Assembly: GCA_963834845.1 (NCBI GenBank) | Contig: CAWICY010000004.1 | Span: forward strand, 2,649,530 to 2,713,529 | Reading direction: 5' to 3' | Source: an uncultured Pseudomonadota bacterium | GTDB lineage: Bacteria > Pseudomonadota > Gammaproteobacteria > Burkholderiales > SG8-39 | Length of the DNA: 64,000 nt | Shown: one piece after another, positions 61,805 to 64,000 of the stretch | Numbering within the stretch: the first letter of the stretch is position 1 | Layout: the number at the start of each line of letters is the position of its first letter | Translations under genes and position numbers: made by a program | The notes under the pieces: model-generated | Told to the model about the DNA's origin: nothing | The model's input: only the letters and a program-made list of their open reading frames with translations | Database searches by the model: none

Positions 61805-63577
61805 CTAGGTTGAAGGAAGGATGACGCGCGGCGAGGGCGCCGCGGCGTAGAGCTCCTCGACGAGCGCGGCGCGCGCCTTCAGTACCGCGCGCTGGTTGAT
61901 CGAGCCCTTGTCGGTGACTTCGCCCGCGTCGATCGACAGCGATTCGCTTAGCAGCAAGGCGCGCGCGACGCGGTTGGAGCTGGCGGTGGCCTTGAGCGCG
62001 AGCGTGTCGACCAGCCGCTGGAAGAAGCGGCGCATCTCGGGCGAGTCGGGCACGCCGGCGCGCGGCACGATCAGCGCGCCGACCTCGGCGCGGTCGTGTC
62101 CGGTGATCACCGCGTCCTGCACGTAGGGGTCGCCGGCGGCGATGATCTGCGCGCGCAGCGGCCCGACGCTCACCCAGGTGCCCGTGTCGAGCTTGAAGTC
62201 CTCGGCGATGCGGCCGTCGAAGGCGAGGCCCTTCTGCGGGTCGGCGGGGTCCATGAAGCGCGCCGCGTCGCCGCTCCTGTAGAAGCCGTCGTCGTCGAAC
62301 GCGTCGCGCGTGAGCGAGTCCTGGCGCCAGAAGCCGGGGGTCACGTTCGGGCCGCGGTAGCGCACCTCGAGCTTGTCGGCGACCGGCGCGAGGCGCAGCT
62401 CGGTGCCCGGCGCGGGGTGGCCGATGCCGCCCGAGCGGCCCGCTTCCCAGTTGGCGCAGATCGCGAACGGCGCGGTCTCGGTCATGCCGAGGCCGGTGAT
62501 CATGAGGATCCTCTCGCCCACGGTGCGCTCGGCGATCTCGTGCAGGCTGTCCCAGATCGGCTGCGACAGGCTGGCCGCGGCGTAGAACATCATCTTCAGG
62601 CGCGAGAAGAATTTTTCCGCCAACGCGCGATCGGCGTCGAGCGCGCGCGCGATCTCCTCGAAGCCGCGCGGCACGTTGAAGTACACCGTGGGCGCGATCT
62701 CGCGCAGGTTCCTGAGGGTCTCGCCGATCAGTTGCGGCGCGGGCTTGCCTTCATCGATGTACAGCGTGCCGCCGTTGTACAGCGTCAGGCCGAAGTTGTG
62801 GTTGCCGCCGAAAGTGTGGTTCCACGGCAGCCAGTCGACCAGCACCGGCGGCTCCTCGGCGAGAAACGGCATGCAGTCGACGATCATCTGCAGGTTGCTG
62901 GTGAGCATGCGCTGCGTGTGGATCACCGCCTTCGGCATGCCGGTGGAGCCCGAGGTCAGCAGGAACTTGGTGATCGAATCAGGCGTGATGGCGGCATGCG
63001 CCGCGTCGACGCGCGCCGTGGCCGGGGTCGCGGCCAGCACGGCGAAGTCGTTGCGCCAGAGCACCTCGGTGCCGGGCGGGATCGCGGCCGAAACCGCCGT
63101 CGCGTAGCGCTCGTCGGCGGCGTACACGAGGCCGGGAGTCATCAGGTCGGCGACGAAGCGCAGCTTGCCGAAGTCCTGCGAAACGAGCGAGTAGGCGGGC
63201 GACACCGGCACGAAGGGCACGCCGACGTGCAGCGCGGCGAGCGCCAGCATGGCGTGCTCGAGGTCGTTCTCCGACAGAATCATGAGCGGCCGCTCGGCCG
63301 ACAATCCCCGCGCGAGCAGCGCCTCGCCCAAGGCGCGCGCGGTGCCGAGCGCCTCGGCGTAGGATATGCGCCGCCAGGCGCCCGAGGCGTCGCGCTTGGC
63401 GACGAAGCTGCGCTCCGGCGCCTCGGCGGCCCACTTCAGCAGCCGCTCGGTGAGGCGCGCGGGATAGGCGCCTAGCGGCGCGGGCGACCTGAGCAGCCAG
63501 CGGCCGCGCGCGTCGCGCCCCGCCAGCACGCTGGCGGGGCCGAGCGAGACCTTGCGGGTTGCCGGGGCCGGGCGCAT
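61805..63577 (-). CDS. AMP-dependent acyl-CoA synthetase (feruloyl/hydroxycinnamoyl-CoA synthetase-like)
   Basis: Start MRPAPATRKV. FLLTSGSTGMPKAVIHT, ...GLGMTET..., YRSGDAARF.DP.DP.KGL.FDGRI.EDFKL.TGTWV. Confidence 0.85.
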   Translation of the reverse strand: MRPAPATRKVSLGPASVLAGRDARGRWLLRSPAPLGAYPARLTERLLKWAAEAPERSFVAKRDASGAWRRISYAEALGTARALGEALLARGLSAERPLMILSENDLEHAMLALAALHVGVPFVPVSPAYSLVSQDFGKLRFVADLMTPGLVYAADERYATAVSAAIPPGTEVLWRNDFAVLAATPATARVDAAHAAITPDSITKFLLTSGSTGMPKAVIHTQRMLTSNLQMIVDCMPFLAEEPPVLVDWLPWNHTFGGNHNFGLTLYNGGTLYIDEGKPAPQLIGETLRNLREIAPTVYFNVPRGFEEIARALDADRALAEKFFSRLKMMFYAAASLSQPIWDSLHEIAERTVGERILMITGLGMTETAPFAICANWEAGRSGGIGHPAPGTELRLAPVADKLEVRYRGPNVTPGFWRQDSLTRDAFDDDGFYRSGDAARFMDPADPQKGLAFDGRIAEDFKLDTGTWVSVGPLRAQIIAAGDPYVQDAVITGHDRAEVGALIVPRAGVPDSPEMRRFFQRLVDTLALKATASSNRVARALLLSESLSIDAGEVTDKGSINQRAVLKARAALVEELYAAAPSPRVILPST

Positions 63578-63586
63578 CGGGCAGGA

Positions 63587-63605
63587 TTGTAATATAAGAC
63601 TACAA
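63587..63605. promoter_or_regulatory. AT-rich palindrome TTGTAATATAAGACTACAA upstream of the acyl-CoA synthetase operon (candidate MarR operator, copy 2)
   Basis: Read directly, 10 nt upstream of start codon 63577 (minus strand). TTGTA/TACAA arms. 15 of 19 positions identical to 59251-59269. Confidence 0.5.
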
Positions 63606-63632
63606 AAGCACCGGGGCCGCCGCAACCGCTGG

Positions 63633-64000
63633 CTAGTAGAGCGCGCTCGCCAGCTTCCTGCGGTACTCGGAGACCAGCTCGGGCTGATCCTCGGCGAGCT
63701 GGAAGATGTTCAGCACCTGCTTGCGCGCCTCGCCGTCCCGCCAGTCCCTGTCGCGCCGTACGATCTCGAGCAGCTCGTCGAGCGCCTCGCGGTAGCGCTT
63801 CTTGCCGGCGTAGGCGCCCGCCAGCGCGAGGCGCGCGCGGTGATCCGCGGGATCCGCCGCGAGCGTTTGGCGCAGCCGCCCTTCGTCGGCGCCGGATTGG
63901 GCGAAGGCGATCGCCGCGCGCAGCGCCGCGACGCGCGCGTCCAGGTCGACGTCCGGGCGCACCGCGTCGAGCAGCGGCCCGGCCTCCGCAGGGCGCCCGA
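63633..64000 (-). CDS. C-terminal TPR part of a YbbN/CnoX-like thioredoxin-domain co-chaperone (5' end beyond the window)
   Basis: ...ADHRARLALAGAYAGKKRYREALDELLEIVRRDRDWRDGEARKQVLNIFQLAEDQPELVSEYRRKLASALY* is the typical YbbN C-terminus. The ORF runs off the window end. Confidence 0.7.
   Translation of the reverse strand, partial: GRPAEAGPLLDAVRPDVDLDARVAALRAAIAFAQSGADEGRLRQTLAADPADHRARLALAGAYAGKKRYREALDELLEIVRRDRDWRDGEARKQVLNIFQLAEDQPELVSEYRRKLASALY

Noticed and set aside
1-64000. Search for tRNA, rRNA, IS elements, integrases, phage genes or defence-system genes
   Set aside because: None recognised. I found no T-loop-like GGTTCGAATCC motifs in intergenic DNA, no transposase, integrase or recombinase-like ORFs, and no terminal inverted repeats. 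This was by-eye inspection only, so small ncRNAs cannot be excluded.

Overview
High-GC proteobacterial chromosomal window, densely coding, with no rRNA, tRNA, CRISPR or recognisable mobile element. All protein calls come from reading the translated ORFs for motifs; no database search was run.

**Layout by coordinate**
- 0.4-7.3 kb: a c-type cytochrome locus. A Cyc2-like fused monoheme cytochrome-porin and a dihaem c4 sit divergent from an operon of dihaem c5, a membrane-anchored hexahaem cytochrome, a Tat 4x[4Fe-4S] protein and an NrfD-type quinone-site subunit. I see no catalytic molybdopterin subunit.
- 7.3-19.3 kb: pcaHG-like intradiol dioxygenase genes, followed by a roughly 10 kb translationally coupled operon for CoA-dependent catabolism.
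- 19.3-30.3 kb: a region visibly lower in GC. It holds a PQQ alcohol dehydrogenase with a D-x-D (lanthanide-type) signature, a dihaem cytochrome c, two TonB-dependent receptors, a YVTN beta-propeller, an ankyrin lipoprotein, a sorbosone-dehydrogenase-like protein and an apparently truncated cytochrome b561.
- 30.5-38.1 kb: acyl-CoA dehydrogenase, maleylacetate reductase and a split AtuA-like pair.
- 38.8-46.9 kb: an amidase, then a Co-type nitrile hydratase with a split beta subunit, coupled to pxpBCA, an OYE reductase and a dehydrogenase.
- 48.3-59.2 kb: a YbhGFSR-like exporter operon and a livKHMGF operon. Together they carry about 23 hand-mapped single-nucleotide frameshifts, mostly insertions, while the rest of the window has one.
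- 59.3-63.6 kb: a MarR gene next to an acyl-CoA ligase, thiolase and hydroxyacyl-CoA dehydrogenase operon. The same 19-bp palindrome sits upstream of both.

**Leads worth a second look, in order**
1. The Cyc2-like / cytochrome / FeS / NrfD locus, as a candidate extracellular electron-uptake (iron oxidation) conduit.
2. The split-beta nitrile hydratase-pxp operon.
3. The frameshift hot zone.
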